Positions 55,670 to 64,000 of a stretch of 64,000 nt of DNA are shown piece by piece (position 1 is the stretch's first letter; every line of letters begins with the position of its first letter). Source of the DNA: an uncultured Dehalococcoidales bacterium. Lineage in GTDB: Bacteria > Chloroflexota > Dehalococcoidia > GIF9 > UBA5629. The stretch spans positions 51,119 to 115,118 of the forward strand of contig CAYNVO010000008.1 in the NCBI GenBank assembly GCA_964400675.1. The letters run 5' to 3'. The translations under genes and the position numbers were made by a program. The notes below the pieces were generated by a model. The model did no database searches. It was not told the DNA's origin and saw only the letters and a list, made by a program, of their open reading frames with translations.

Positions 55670-58243
55670 ATGATCCCTGTCAGACTTGCACTCAAAAACT
55701 TCATGTGCTACCGGGACAATGTGCCACCTTTGTCTTTCGATAGCATACACGTGGCTTGCCTTTGTGGTGATAATGGCAATGGTAAATCAGCGCTTTTTGA
55801 TGCCCTAACCTGGGCACTATGGGGCAAATCCCGAGCTAAGGACAACAGCGACGATGACCTGGTGCACCTGGGACAATCCGAGATGGAGGTAGAGCTGGAG
55901 TTCGTCTCCGGTGAGCAAAGATATCGAGTCCTCCGTAAACACGCCAAGAAACCCAGCAAGGCACGTGCCGGACAAACCATCCTAGAGCTTCAGATAGCCA
56001 CCAATGAAGCTTTCAGGTCTATCTCAGGTAATTCGAAATCGGAAACACAGCAGAAGATAATCGAGCTCTTGAAACTGGATTATGAGACATTCAAGAATAG
56101 CGCTTTCCTTCGCCAGGGACATTCTGACGAGTTCAGCATTAAGCGCCCCGGAGAGCGCAAGGAGATACTGGCCAACATTCTTGGCTTATCCCATTACGAT
56201 GAACTCGAGAGAAGAGCCAAAGACTTAGCCAAAGATAGACGAAACAAAGCAGATACGATGGAGAATGATATTAATCAAATCGAACTCCAGCTCGCAGCCA
56301 GGCCTGAATATGAAGACGGGATTACAAAGATACAAGACGAAATCAGACAAATTGAAGAAAAAAGAAAAACTGAAGATGCGATTATCTCCAGCCTGCGTAG
56401 CCAGAAAGAGTCATTAGAAATTAAAAGAGAACAGCTATCCAATACCGAAAATCACCTCAGCGAAGCAAATAGGGAACTGGAACGCTGGCAGTCAAAAATG
56501 AGAAAGCTCCAAGCCAAAATAGCCGCATATGAAAGAGTTCTGTCAGAAAGAGTCACCATAGAAAAAGGGCACTCTGACCTCACAGAAGCCAAAGGTCTCA
56601 ACGACGATTTTAACCAGAAGTTAAGCCAGTTACTTGCCCTGAGAGAACGCATAAGCGATCTGGACAAAATTGTCAGACAAGCCGCTGAAACATTCAACGT
56701 AGACCATAAGGTAATTCAGTCCAGACTAGCCGGTAATGAATCTAAGTCTGCCAAAATACCCCAGCTCGAAGAAGCACTCGTACAGGCACGCAAAGATTTG
56801 ACTGAATTGGCAAAATCAGAAGAAATGATAACCACAAAAAGAAAACAAACACAGCAAATTATGTCTCGAATCAGCCATTTGGAGTCAGTTAGCACCCGAC
56901 TGGATACAGACATAGATGACCTGAATGAGAAATGCAAACTACTAGCTCAAGGTGATGCTCGCTGTCCCTTATGCCAGACCGAGCTCGGAGTAGACGGACG
57001 GCAGCAACTGGGAACGAAGCTAAATTCTGAAGTCCAGCAGAAAATCAAAGCTCGCCAGAACAACAACGAGGAACTCAAACGAAACAAGGCAGAGCTTCAG
57101 GCTCTTGAAAGCGAATTAGCCAAACGAGAAACAGTCCTGAACAAAGAACGCTCCGTCCGACAACACCAGCTAAGCATCGCCGAAAAAGAGCTTGCTGAAG
57201 CCAGACAAGCCAGCAATGAGCTGCCTCAAGAAAAAGCTAAGCTAGAGGAACTTGAGCAACGCCTCGCAAAAAAAGACTACGCTGTTCAGGAACAAAAGAT
57301 GCTTTTAGAATTGGAAAGCGAGGAGAAAAAGCTCGGATACAGCAAGGAAAGGCACCAGCAGGTACAGCAGCAACTGGCAGGACTTCAGAAATATGAGATT
57401 CTAAAGAGAGACTTCGATGAAGCCATGAAATCCATTGACAAAGAGAAGGTCGCCCTGACCGAGGCTGAGACAGCCGTTTCTAATCTAAGTACGGTAGCAA
57501 AAGCAGACTCAAAAAAGATGGACGCACTGAGAGCCGAGCTGGTTGCTTTGCCCGAACTGGCCGATAAGATAGCCAAAGCCAATGAGGCTCATCGGGTTTT
57601 GCTCCAGAGCGAGCGACAGGTACGCGACAGATTAGCTGCATTACAGGAGAGGCTGCGCCACCTGGCTGACTTAGAAACAAAGAAAGAGGAAAAAACAAAG
57701 CTCTTACACCAGATATTAAACGAGGAGAGTATCTACAAGGAATTAGCCGAGGCTTTCAGCAAAAAAGGTATTCAGGCATTGCTTATCGAGCAAGCGATCC
57801 CCGAGATCGAAATAGAAGCCAACCGTCTGCTGGCTAAAATGACCGATAACCGAATGTCCCTCAGGCTCGAGACCCAGCGGGAAACCAAGAAAGGCGATAC
57901 CATTGAGACTCTGGATATCAAAATAGCCGATGAACTGGGCACCCGCAACTACGAGATGTATAGCGGTGGAGAAGCATTCCGCATAGACCTTGCCCTGCGT
58001 ATAGCTCTTTCCATGTTACTGGTCAGGCGGGCTGGGGCATCCCTGCCTGTATTAATCATTGATGAGGGCTTCGGCACCCAGGACAGCTCAGCGAGGGAAA
58101 AACTAGTTGAGGCTATAAGCTCGATTCAGGACGACTTTGAAAAGCTATTTGTCATCACCCACCTCGAGGAAATGAAGGACAGATTTCCAGTGCTCATAAA
58201 CGTAACCAAGACAGCCGACGGCTCGATGATATCGATAATCTGA
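55670..58243 (+). CDS. sbcC: SbcC/Rad50-like SMC ATPase
   Basis: Walker A GDNGNGKS, Q-loop, long coiled coils with CPLC zinc hook, signature YSGGE, Walker B IIDEGFG, VITH. Confidence 0.9.
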   Translation: MIPVRLALKNFMCYRDNVPPLSFDSIHVACLCGDNGNGKSALFDALTWALWGKSRAKDNSDDDLVHLGQSEMEVELEFVSGEQRYRVLRKHAKKPSKARAGQTILELQIATNEAFRSISGNSKSETQQKIIELLKLDYETFKNSAFLRQGHSDEFSIKRPGERKEILANILGLSHYDELERRAKDLAKDRRNKADTMENDINQIELQLAARPEYEDGITKIQDEIRQIEEKRKTEDAIISSLRSQKESLEIKREQLSNTENHLSEANRELERWQSKMRKLQAKIAAYERVLSERVTIEKGHSDLTEAKGLNDDFNQKLSQLLALRERISDLDKIVRQAAETFNVDHKVIQSRLAGNESKSAKIPQLEEALVQARKDLTELAKSEEMITTKRKQTQQIMSRISHLESVSTRLDTDIDDLNEKCKLLAQGDARCPLCQTELGVDGRQQLGTKLNSEVQQKIKARQNNNEELKRNKAELQALESELAKRETVLNKERSVRQHQLSIAEKELAEARQASNELPQEKAKLEELEQRLAKKDYAVQEQKMLLELESEEKKLGYSKERHQQVQQQLAGLQKYEILKRDFDEAMKSIDKEKVALTEAETAVSNLSTVAKADSKKMDALRAELVALPELADKIAKANEAHRVLLQSERQVRDRLAALQERLRHLADLETKKEEKTKLLHQILNEESIYKELAEAFSKKGIQALLIEQAIPEIEIEANRLLAKMTDNRMSLRLETQRETKKGDTIETLDIKIADELGTRNYEMYSGGEAFRIDLALRIALSMLLVRRAGASLPVLIIDEGFGTQDSSAREKLVEAISSIQDDFEKLFVITHLEEMKDRFPVLINVTKTADGSMISII

Positions 58244-58287
58244 CACAAAACGTTGGCTCTAACTCTGGTAGAAGGAGGCAGATAAAG

Positions 58288-59304
58288 ATGGAAATACTGA
58301 AGGAAGGTAAAGGGGAGCTTCTGGGCTGGCATGACCCTGACGAGGCCAGGGATTGGGTGCTTAACAACAAGTCTCGCGAGCTGAAGGACAAAACAATGTC
58401 AGTTGAGGAGGCAGTATCAAGATTCATTAATAACGGAGATTTTATCGCCAGCGGCGGTTTCGGGCACATAAGGGTATCTATGGCTATTGTCTACGAAATT
58501 ATCCGACAGAAAAAACGAAACCTAGCCATGGCTGGCAAAACAGCTGTTCACGACCTTGACATTCTGGTAGGTGCTGGCTGCGTAGACAGGGTAGAGGTGG
58601 CTTATTCATTTGGGCACGAGCTCAGAGGCCTGTCTCCAGCCTCCAGGAGAATGGTAGAGAGCGGGCGATGTAAAGTAGTTGCCGAAACCAGCAACGCCGG
58701 ATATCAATGGCGATTCCTGGCTGCTATGATGGGCATACCATTCATACCAAGTCGCAATTTACTGGGCACAGACACCGGCAGTTACAGTTCTTGTAAAGTG
58801 GTTAAAGACCCATTCAGCGGCAAACCAATCAATCTGATTCCCGCGGCCTATCCTGATGTTGCCTTTATTCATGTCCACCGCTGCGACATCTACGGTAACG
58901 CCCAGATAGATGCTATCCTTGTAGAAGACTTCGAGCTTTCCAGATGCGCCAGAAGATTAATAATAACCACCGAAGAAATCATCGACAATGAAATCATTAG
59001 AAGCGAACCGTGGAGAACAGCCATACCCTTTCTTGTGGTAGACGCCGTGGTCGAAGTTCCCTACGGCTCACATCCCTGTGAAATGCCGGGCATATACTAC
59101 TATGATGAGGAGCATATAGCTGAGTGGCTGAGCCTATCCAAAACTCAGGAGGGTGTGGATGAATATTTGAACAAATACGTGTTCGGCATCGATAATTTCC
59201 ACGACTATCTGAAGCTCTGTGGCGGCACAAAAAAGTTTAACTACCTGAAAAACAGGGAGTTCCTCAAAGAGCCGATGGTCGCCCCGTGGCGGAAACAGAA
59301 CTAA
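58288..59304 (+). CDS. Family I CoA-transferase subunit A (glutaconate CoA-transferase-like)
   Basis: GDFIASGGF, DILVGAGCV, AAMMGIPFIP, DVAFIHV..D..GNA, GSHP. Confidence 0.88.
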   Translation: MEILKEGKGELLGWHDPDEARDWVLNNKSRELKDKTMSVEEAVSRFINNGDFIASGGFGHIRVSMAIVYEIIRQKKRNLAMAGKTAVHDLDILVGAGCVDRVEVAYSFGHELRGLSPASRRMVESGRCKVVAETSNAGYQWRFLAAMMGIPFIPSRNLLGTDTGSYSSCKVVKDPFSGKPINLIPAAYPDVAFIHVHRCDIYGNAQIDAILVEDFELSRCARRLIITTEEIIDNEIIRSEPWRTAIPFLVVDAVVEVPYGSHPCEMPGIYYYDEEHIAEWLSLSKTQEGVDEYLNKYVFGIDNFHDYLKLCGGTKKFNYLKNREFLKEPMVAPWRKQN

Positions 59305-59334
59305 GGATTCCTGATAAAGGAGGAACTTAAGAAT

Positions 59335-60114
59335 ATGCTCAAAGAAGACAGATATAACACAAGAGAGTTCTTAGCCTTTACTGGCGCAAGTTTATTGGAA
59401 GATAAAAAAACCGTCTTCGTGGGCACAGGATTCCCCATAATAGCTTCCATGTTAGCTCAAAAAACGCACGCCCCCAAACTGGTCATAGTTTTTGAAGCCG
59501 GTGGTTTAGGCCCACTGCTGCCTGAACTGCCTGTTTCGGTAGGTGAATCCAGGACCTTTTACAAGGCGTCAGCTGCCTCCAGTATGCACGATACTATGTC
59601 ACTTTCACAAGCAGGATATATTGATTTTGGTTTTCTGGGTGCGGCTCAGATGGATATGTTTGGGAACATCAACACCACAGTTATAGGTGACCATGACCTG
59701 CCCAAAAGCCGCTTGCCCGGCAGCGGTGGTGCTAACGACGTAGCATCGTTCGCACAAAGGCTCATTATCATCATTGCCAGACAATCAAAGAGGACATTCG
59801 TGGAAAAGCTCGATTTTCTGACCACCCCTGGATTTCTTGATGGACCAGATGCCAGAGAGAAAGCCGGACTACCCAGAGGCACAGGACCATACAGGGTCAT
59901 CACGCAGCTAGGTATTTACGACTTCGACGAGAAAACGAAGCGGCTCAAGTTAATCTCATTACACCCCGGAGTCAGCGTTGATGAGGTGATGGAAAATAGT
60001 CAGTTCGAAATTATGTTACCAGCCAAGATTGAAACCAGCCCTGAACCTTCTGATGAAGACTTGCGAATATTGCGCCAGGAGATAGACCCTGCGGGCATAG
60101 TACTGGGTAAGTAA
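59335..60114 (+). CDS. Family I CoA-transferase subunit B
   Basis: VFVGTG, FEAGG (catalytic Glu position), GAAQMDMFGNIN, LPGSGGANDVAS, VITQLG. Confidence 0.9.
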   Translation: MLKEDRYNTREFLAFTGASLLEDKKTVFVGTGFPIIASMLAQKTHAPKLVIVFEAGGLGPLLPELPVSVGESRTFYKASAASSMHDTMSLSQAGYIDFGFLGAAQMDMFGNINTTVIGDHDLPKSRLPGSGGANDVASFAQRLIIIIARQSKRTFVEKLDFLTTPGFLDGPDAREKAGLPRGTGPYRVITQLGIYDFDEKTKRLKLISLHPGVSVDEVMENSQFEIMLPAKIETSPEPSDEDLRILRQEIDPAGIVLGK

Positions 60115-60235
60115 CCTACGCATAACTAAAACCGCAAGCGCACGTTTGACACATATTAGTGTTCAGAGTTACCATATTATGTCCGTTCACTCTGAAATAC
60201 CGGGCATCACCTGAGAAAGGATACCGAAATCCTTC

Positions 60236-60814
60236 GTGACCACAAAGCTATATGAGATTAGATGGCATGGGCGAGGTGGACAGGGAGCGGTAACAGCCGC
60301 CAAGATAGTAGCCCAGGCAGCCCACTTTAAAGGCTATCAAGGCATAGCTGCAGCACCATCTTTCGGCGCTGAAAGAAGAGGCGTCCCAGTGAGCGCATTG
60401 ACCAGAGTCTCCACAGAAAAAATAGCGGTTGTATCACAAGTAGAAAAACCTGACGCTGTTGTGGTGCTGGACCAGTCCCTGCTCAAATACCAGGAGGTAA
60501 TCAGTGGCTTAGTCAGCGGGGGATGGCTTGTGGTTAACTCATGGCTGCACCCTAAAGAGCTAAACATTAAAGGCGATTTTAACGTCGCCACTGCCGATGC
60601 CACTAGAGTCTGCCGTGAGCTGGGGCTGATGGTCGGCGGACTCCCAATGGTTAATACTGCTATGCTGGGCGCGCTTGCCTGTGCTACCCAAATAGTGGAC
60701 CTGACAAATATCAAAAAGGTAATCAGGGAAAGATTCTCCAATAGCACCGTTGACATTAATCTCACCGCTATTGAGAAGACCTACGAGATAACCAAACTGG
60801 AGAAAATAAGCTAA
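60236..60814 (+). CDS. porC: 2-oxoacid:ferredoxin oxidoreductase gamma subunit
   Basis: EIRWHGRGGQGAVT, FGAERRG, NTAMLGA. Confidence 0.9.
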   Translation: MTTKLYEIRWHGRGGQGAVTAAKIVAQAAHFKGYQGIAAAPSFGAERRGVPVSALTRVSTEKIAVVSQVEKPDAVVVLDQSLLKYQEVISGLVSGGWLVVNSWLHPKELNIKGDFNVATADATRVCRELGLMVGGLPMVNTAMLGALACATQIVDLTNIKKVIRERFSNSTVDINLTAIEKTYEITKLEKIS

Positions 60815-60822
60815 GTAAAATC

Positions 60823-61098
60823 ATGGGAACCAGGGATTGCAATCATATCTGCGATGAGTCATCACCAGCCATCGGTGAAGCCGGCAAGACAGGTGAATGG
60901 CGCAGCCTTATGCCGGTTATACATAATAACAAGTGCATCCCGGCTAAGCAAAATAAGCCATCATGCTTTATCTGCTGGCTTTATTGTCCCGATGCCGTCA
61001 TCAAGAAAACCATACCCGTCCAGATAAACCTGGACTACTGCAAAGGGTGCGGAATATGCATGCAGGTCTGCCCGGCAAAAGCCATAACCATGGTGTAA
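60823..61098 (+). CDS. porD: 2-oxoacid:ferredoxin oxidoreductase delta subunit (2x[4Fe-4S])
   Basis: KTGEWRS, CFICWLYCPD, CKGCGICMQVCP. Confidence 0.9.
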   Translation: MGTRDCNHICDESSPAIGEAGKTGEWRSLMPVIHNNKCIPAKQNKPSCFICWLYCPDAVIKKTIPVQINLDYCKGCGICMQVCPAKAITMV

Positions 61099-61116
61099 CG
61101 GAAAAAGAGGCTGCAT

Positions 61117-62340
61117 TTGGCAAAGAAAAGTAGCAAAGTCAACATTCGATTACTGGACGGCAATCAGGCTGCCGCCGAGGGAGCCAAACTCAGCCGTGTC
61201 CAGGTCATTGCTGCCTATCCGATTACGCCACAAACACCGCTTACCGAAGAGCTTTCTGAATTCGTGGAGAAAGGTGAACTCAAGGCTGAATATATCGCCG
61301 TCGAGAGTGAACATAGTGCCATGACCGTATGCACTTCAGCCTCCATGGTAGGAGCCAGGACATTCACCGCCACAAGCGCCCATGGCTTAGCCTACATGCA
61401 CGAGATGTTGCATTGGGCTGCTGGAGCACGCCTGCCGGTGGTGCTCGCCTGCGTTAACCGCGCCCTCGGAGCACCCTGGAATATACTCAACGACCAGCAG
61501 GACTCCATATCACAGCGTGATACCGGCTGGATACAGATGTATGCCAGAAACAACCAGGAAATTCTGGATTCTATCATCCAGGCTTATAAGATTGCGGAAA
61601 CAGTGTATGTGCCCGTTATGGTCTGCTTCGACGGCTACGTCCTGTCTCATACTGAAATGCCGGTGGACATACCGTCACAAGAGGAGGTGGATAAATTCCT
61701 ACCCCCGTATAAACCACACACCACACTTGACCCGGCAAATCCCAAAAACTATAACCTGGTAACACTTGCCGACCCCAGAGCTAATAATGAGGGCGTTTTG
61801 TGCCACGGATATATGGAGCTGAGATATCTGCTGCAAGAAGCTTTGCAAGATTCCGCAGAAACAATAATCAAAGCGGGACAGGAATTCGGCGGGCTATTCG
61901 GTAGGAACTACGCCAACCTGTTCTGGGAAGATGGCATGGCCGATGCCGATATAGTCATCGTTGCCATGGGCAGCCTGGCAATGGAAGCAAAGGTGGCTGC
62001 GGATATACTTCGAGACGAAGGCCATGAGGTCGGTGTACTGAGCTTGAGAGTATTCAGGCCATTCCCTAAAGCCGCCCTGGTGAAGGCGCTGGAGAAAGCT
62101 CGCCTGATTGTGGTCTTCGACAAGAATATCAGCTACGGCTCCGAGGGAGCTACCTGCTCGGAAATCAAGTCAGCCCTCTACGGTAGTAAGACGAAAGCAG
62201 CCATACGAAACTTCATCGTCGGGCTGGGTGGACGAGACGTTAAAGCCAGAGAAATGGCAGACGCAGTAAGAGAAGCACTAACCTCTTTAAAAACAGGCGT
62301 TCTTAACACCGAATATCCCGAATGGATATGTTACATTTGA
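61117..62340 (+). CDS. porA: 2-oxoacid:ferredoxin oxidoreductase alpha subunit
   Basis: AYPITPQT, VESEHSA, TATSAHGL, RPFP. Confidence 0.92.
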   Translation: MAKKSSKVNIRLLDGNQAAAEGAKLSRVQVIAAYPITPQTPLTEELSEFVEKGELKAEYIAVESEHSAMTVCTSASMVGARTFTATSAHGLAYMHEMLHWAAGARLPVVLACVNRALGAPWNILNDQQDSISQRDTGWIQMYARNNQEILDSIIQAYKIAETVYVPVMVCFDGYVLSHTEMPVDIPSQEEVDKFLPPYKPHTTLDPANPKNYNLVTLADPRANNEGVLCHGYMELRYLLQEALQDSAETIIKAGQEFGGLFGRNYANLFWEDGMADADIVIVAMGSLAMEAKVAADILRDEGHEVGVLSLRVFRPFPKAALVKALEKARLIVVFDKNISYGSEGATCSEIKSALYGSKTKAAIRNFIVGLGGRDVKAREMADAVREALTSLKTGVLNTEYPEWICYI

Positions 62341-62353
62341 GAGGTGTCTAATT

Positions 62354-63274
62354 TTGAAAGCTAATGCGGTCAACCTGACTGAAACAGAATATGCGCTGCC
62401 CGGCAACAGGGCATGCCCCGGCTGTGCCATGGCTCTTGCCTACCGCCACATACTAAAGGCATTGGATGGACAGGTCATTGTCACCGTGCCCGCCAGCTGT
62501 CTCACCGTATTGCACGGCATGTATCCCATAACATCGGTTACTGTACCCTGCGTGAATACTCCGTTCGCCTCCACCGGTGCCTCGGCGACAGGCCTGGTTG
62601 CCGGACTCAAGGCTACAGGCAGAAAAGGGTTGACCGTATTGGCGATCGCCGGTGATGGCGGCACACACGATATAGGAATACAGTCGCTGAGCGGAGCTGC
62701 GGAGAGGCAGGAGGATTTTATCTACATCTGCTATGACAACGAAGGCTATATGAACACCGGCAATCAGCGCTCAGGCTCCACGCCACTGGGAGCTATTACG
62801 GGTACCACGCCCGTCCTGGGCAAGCAGCAGAACCCCAAGGACATAGCCGCCATAATGGAGGCCCATTGCCTGCCGTATATCGCCACTGCCAATGCCTCCT
62901 ACCCTCTGGACATTTACGAAAAGGTCAGGAAAGCCAGGGGGATAAAGGGCACCCGGTTCATTCATGTGTTTGCACCCTGCGCTCCCGGCTGGCAGTTCCC
63001 TTACAGCGATACCATCAAAATCGGCCAGCTGGCGGTAGAGACCGGACTGGTTGTGCTCTACGAGGTTGAAAACGGCATCTTCCGCCTTACCTCAGCCAGC
63101 GAGTCCCTCGCCCGAAAAAGTAACCTGAAGCCGGTAAAGGAATACCTGGCTGGCCAGGGCAGGTTCAAAGACATTACCGAAGACCAGATTGCCCAATTGC
63201 AGGACTGGGTAAACACCCGCTGGCAATGCTACCTCGACCGGGCAGCCAATCTACACCCCACCAAACCTTCCTAA
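62354..63274 (+). CDS. porB: 2-oxoacid:ferredoxin oxidoreductase beta subunit (TPP-binding)
   Basis: ACPGC, ASC, GDGGTHDIG, YDNEGYMNTG, FAPC. Confidence 0.92.
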   Translation: MKANAVNLTETEYALPGNRACPGCAMALAYRHILKALDGQVIVTVPASCLTVLHGMYPITSVTVPCVNTPFASTGASATGLVAGLKATGRKGLTVLAIAGDGGTHDIGIQSLSGAAERQEDFIYICYDNEGYMNTGNQRSGSTPLGAITGTTPVLGKQQNPKDIAAIMEAHCLPYIATANASYPLDIYEKVRKARGIKGTRFIHVFAPCAPGWQFPYSDTIKIGQLAVETGLVVLYEVENGIFRLTSASESLARKSNLKPVKEYLAGQGRFKDITEDQIAQLQDWVNTRWQCYLDRAANLHPTKPS

Positions 63275-63299
63275 CCCAAAGGGACCAGTCTCAGGGATT

Positions 63300-63401
63300 C
63301 ACCAACCTTACAGATCTCTGGACGATTTAAGCCCTGTGGAATACGTTAATAAAACCGAGAAAACTCTAACTCACAGTGGCCTATAAGAAGGGGTAGAGTC
63401 A
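63300..63401 (+). mobile_element. Remnant 3' end of an IS3-family element
   Basis: Manual translation HQPYRSLDDLSPVEYV...* resembles the IS3 transposase C-terminus (RPHSSLG.LTP.EY); followed by an IR-like end aagaaggggtagagtca. Confidence 0.55.
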
Positions 63402-63417
63402 CTGGCAGTGACTCAGT

Positions 63418-63999
63418 TTACGTTTTGTTGTTTATAGATTTAATGTATTCTTTCAATTTTAAATAGTAGCCAGGTTCGATATCACGCATAAATGCAACTG
63501 TGCCCGAAACTTCATTCATCTTCACAGTTGTATCTTTCCTAACAATAAGGTTGTATAAAGCAGCACGTATTTTTCTTTTTCGATCTCGCCCTGTAGTCAT
63601 CCTCCCTGAATTCAATGTTATGCCGGTAACGACCATTTTCCCTTTGCCAGAAAGATATCTTGTTTTCTCATTATTTAATACATATCCATCGGACTCAATT
63701 ATAGGGACGAGTTTATTGTGAAGCTGTCTTAGTGACATCAAATCGTTTGATGAAAATGTCATATCATCAGCGTATCTGGAATAAGCGATATTCATGCGTC
63801 CACATATATTGACTATCTTTTCATCAACTGAACGGAAAATGATATTGGACAAGGCCGGAGAGGTTGCTCCACCTTGCGGAAGTCTACCCTTATAGGTACA
63901 GAACTTAGTGTATATCGCAGACATTTGTGGGTCGTGTACAATTTCAGTAAATGCTCTACTGACCATGCCTTCTGTTATGGAAGGAAAGAAATCCTTTAA
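63418..63999 (-). CDS. Retron-type reverse transcriptase, 5'-partial (continues beyond the window)
   Basis: LKDFFPSI (frame open to the window edge), LPQGGATSPALSN, YSRYADDMTFS, and VTG in the thumb region; AT-rich. Confidence 0.88.
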   Translation of the reverse strand, partial: LKDFFPSITEGMVSRAFTEIVHDPQMSAIYTKFCTYKGRLPQGGATSPALSNIIFRSVDEKIVNICGRMNIAYSRYADDMTFSSNDLMSLRQLHNKLVPIIESDGYVLNNEKTRYLSGKGKMVVTGITLNSGRMTTGRDRKRKIRAALYNLIVRKDTTVKMNEVSGTVAFMRDIEPGYYLKLKEYIKSINNKT

Positions 64000-64000
64000 A

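Overview
A 64 kb chromosomal segment of an anaerobic bacterium. Gene order and protein style suggest Chloroflexota, class Dehalococcoidia (inference, no database search). Most of it is core housekeeping: glnA, lepB-pyrE-tRNA-Phe, a pantothenate operon, rpsF-ssb-rpsR-rpmH-rnpA-yidD-(beta-propeller)-yidC-jag-ileS, ychF, ppsA, dgt-dnaG-rpoD, ffh, a PD-(D/E)XK nuclease plus SbcC, and a CoA-transferase plus 2-oxoacid:ferredoxin oxidoreductase cluster. A 12 kb redox locus holds two NuoE/NuoF-like (HydC/HydB-type) modules and an NfnAB-like pair. One module is coupled to a selenocysteine formate dehydrogenase that the ORF track splits at an in-frame UGA. The other is coupled to a NuoG/GltD fusion that lacks its NADP-binding domain. 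Non-coding elements missed by the ORF track are tRNA-Val(GAC), tRNA-Phe(GAA), a Trp T-box followed by a 9-codon Trp-containing leader ORF, a pan-motif-like attenuator, a SECIS hairpin, nested palindromic repeats and an IS3 scar. AT-rich accessory DNA occurs at three places: a 2.5 kb islet at the tRNA-Val 3' end, a lone trypsin-like protease gene, and a retron-type reverse transcriptase cut by the right edge. The islet encodes a SEC-C protein with a phage prohead-protease-like motif and is the best candidate for an undescribed system.
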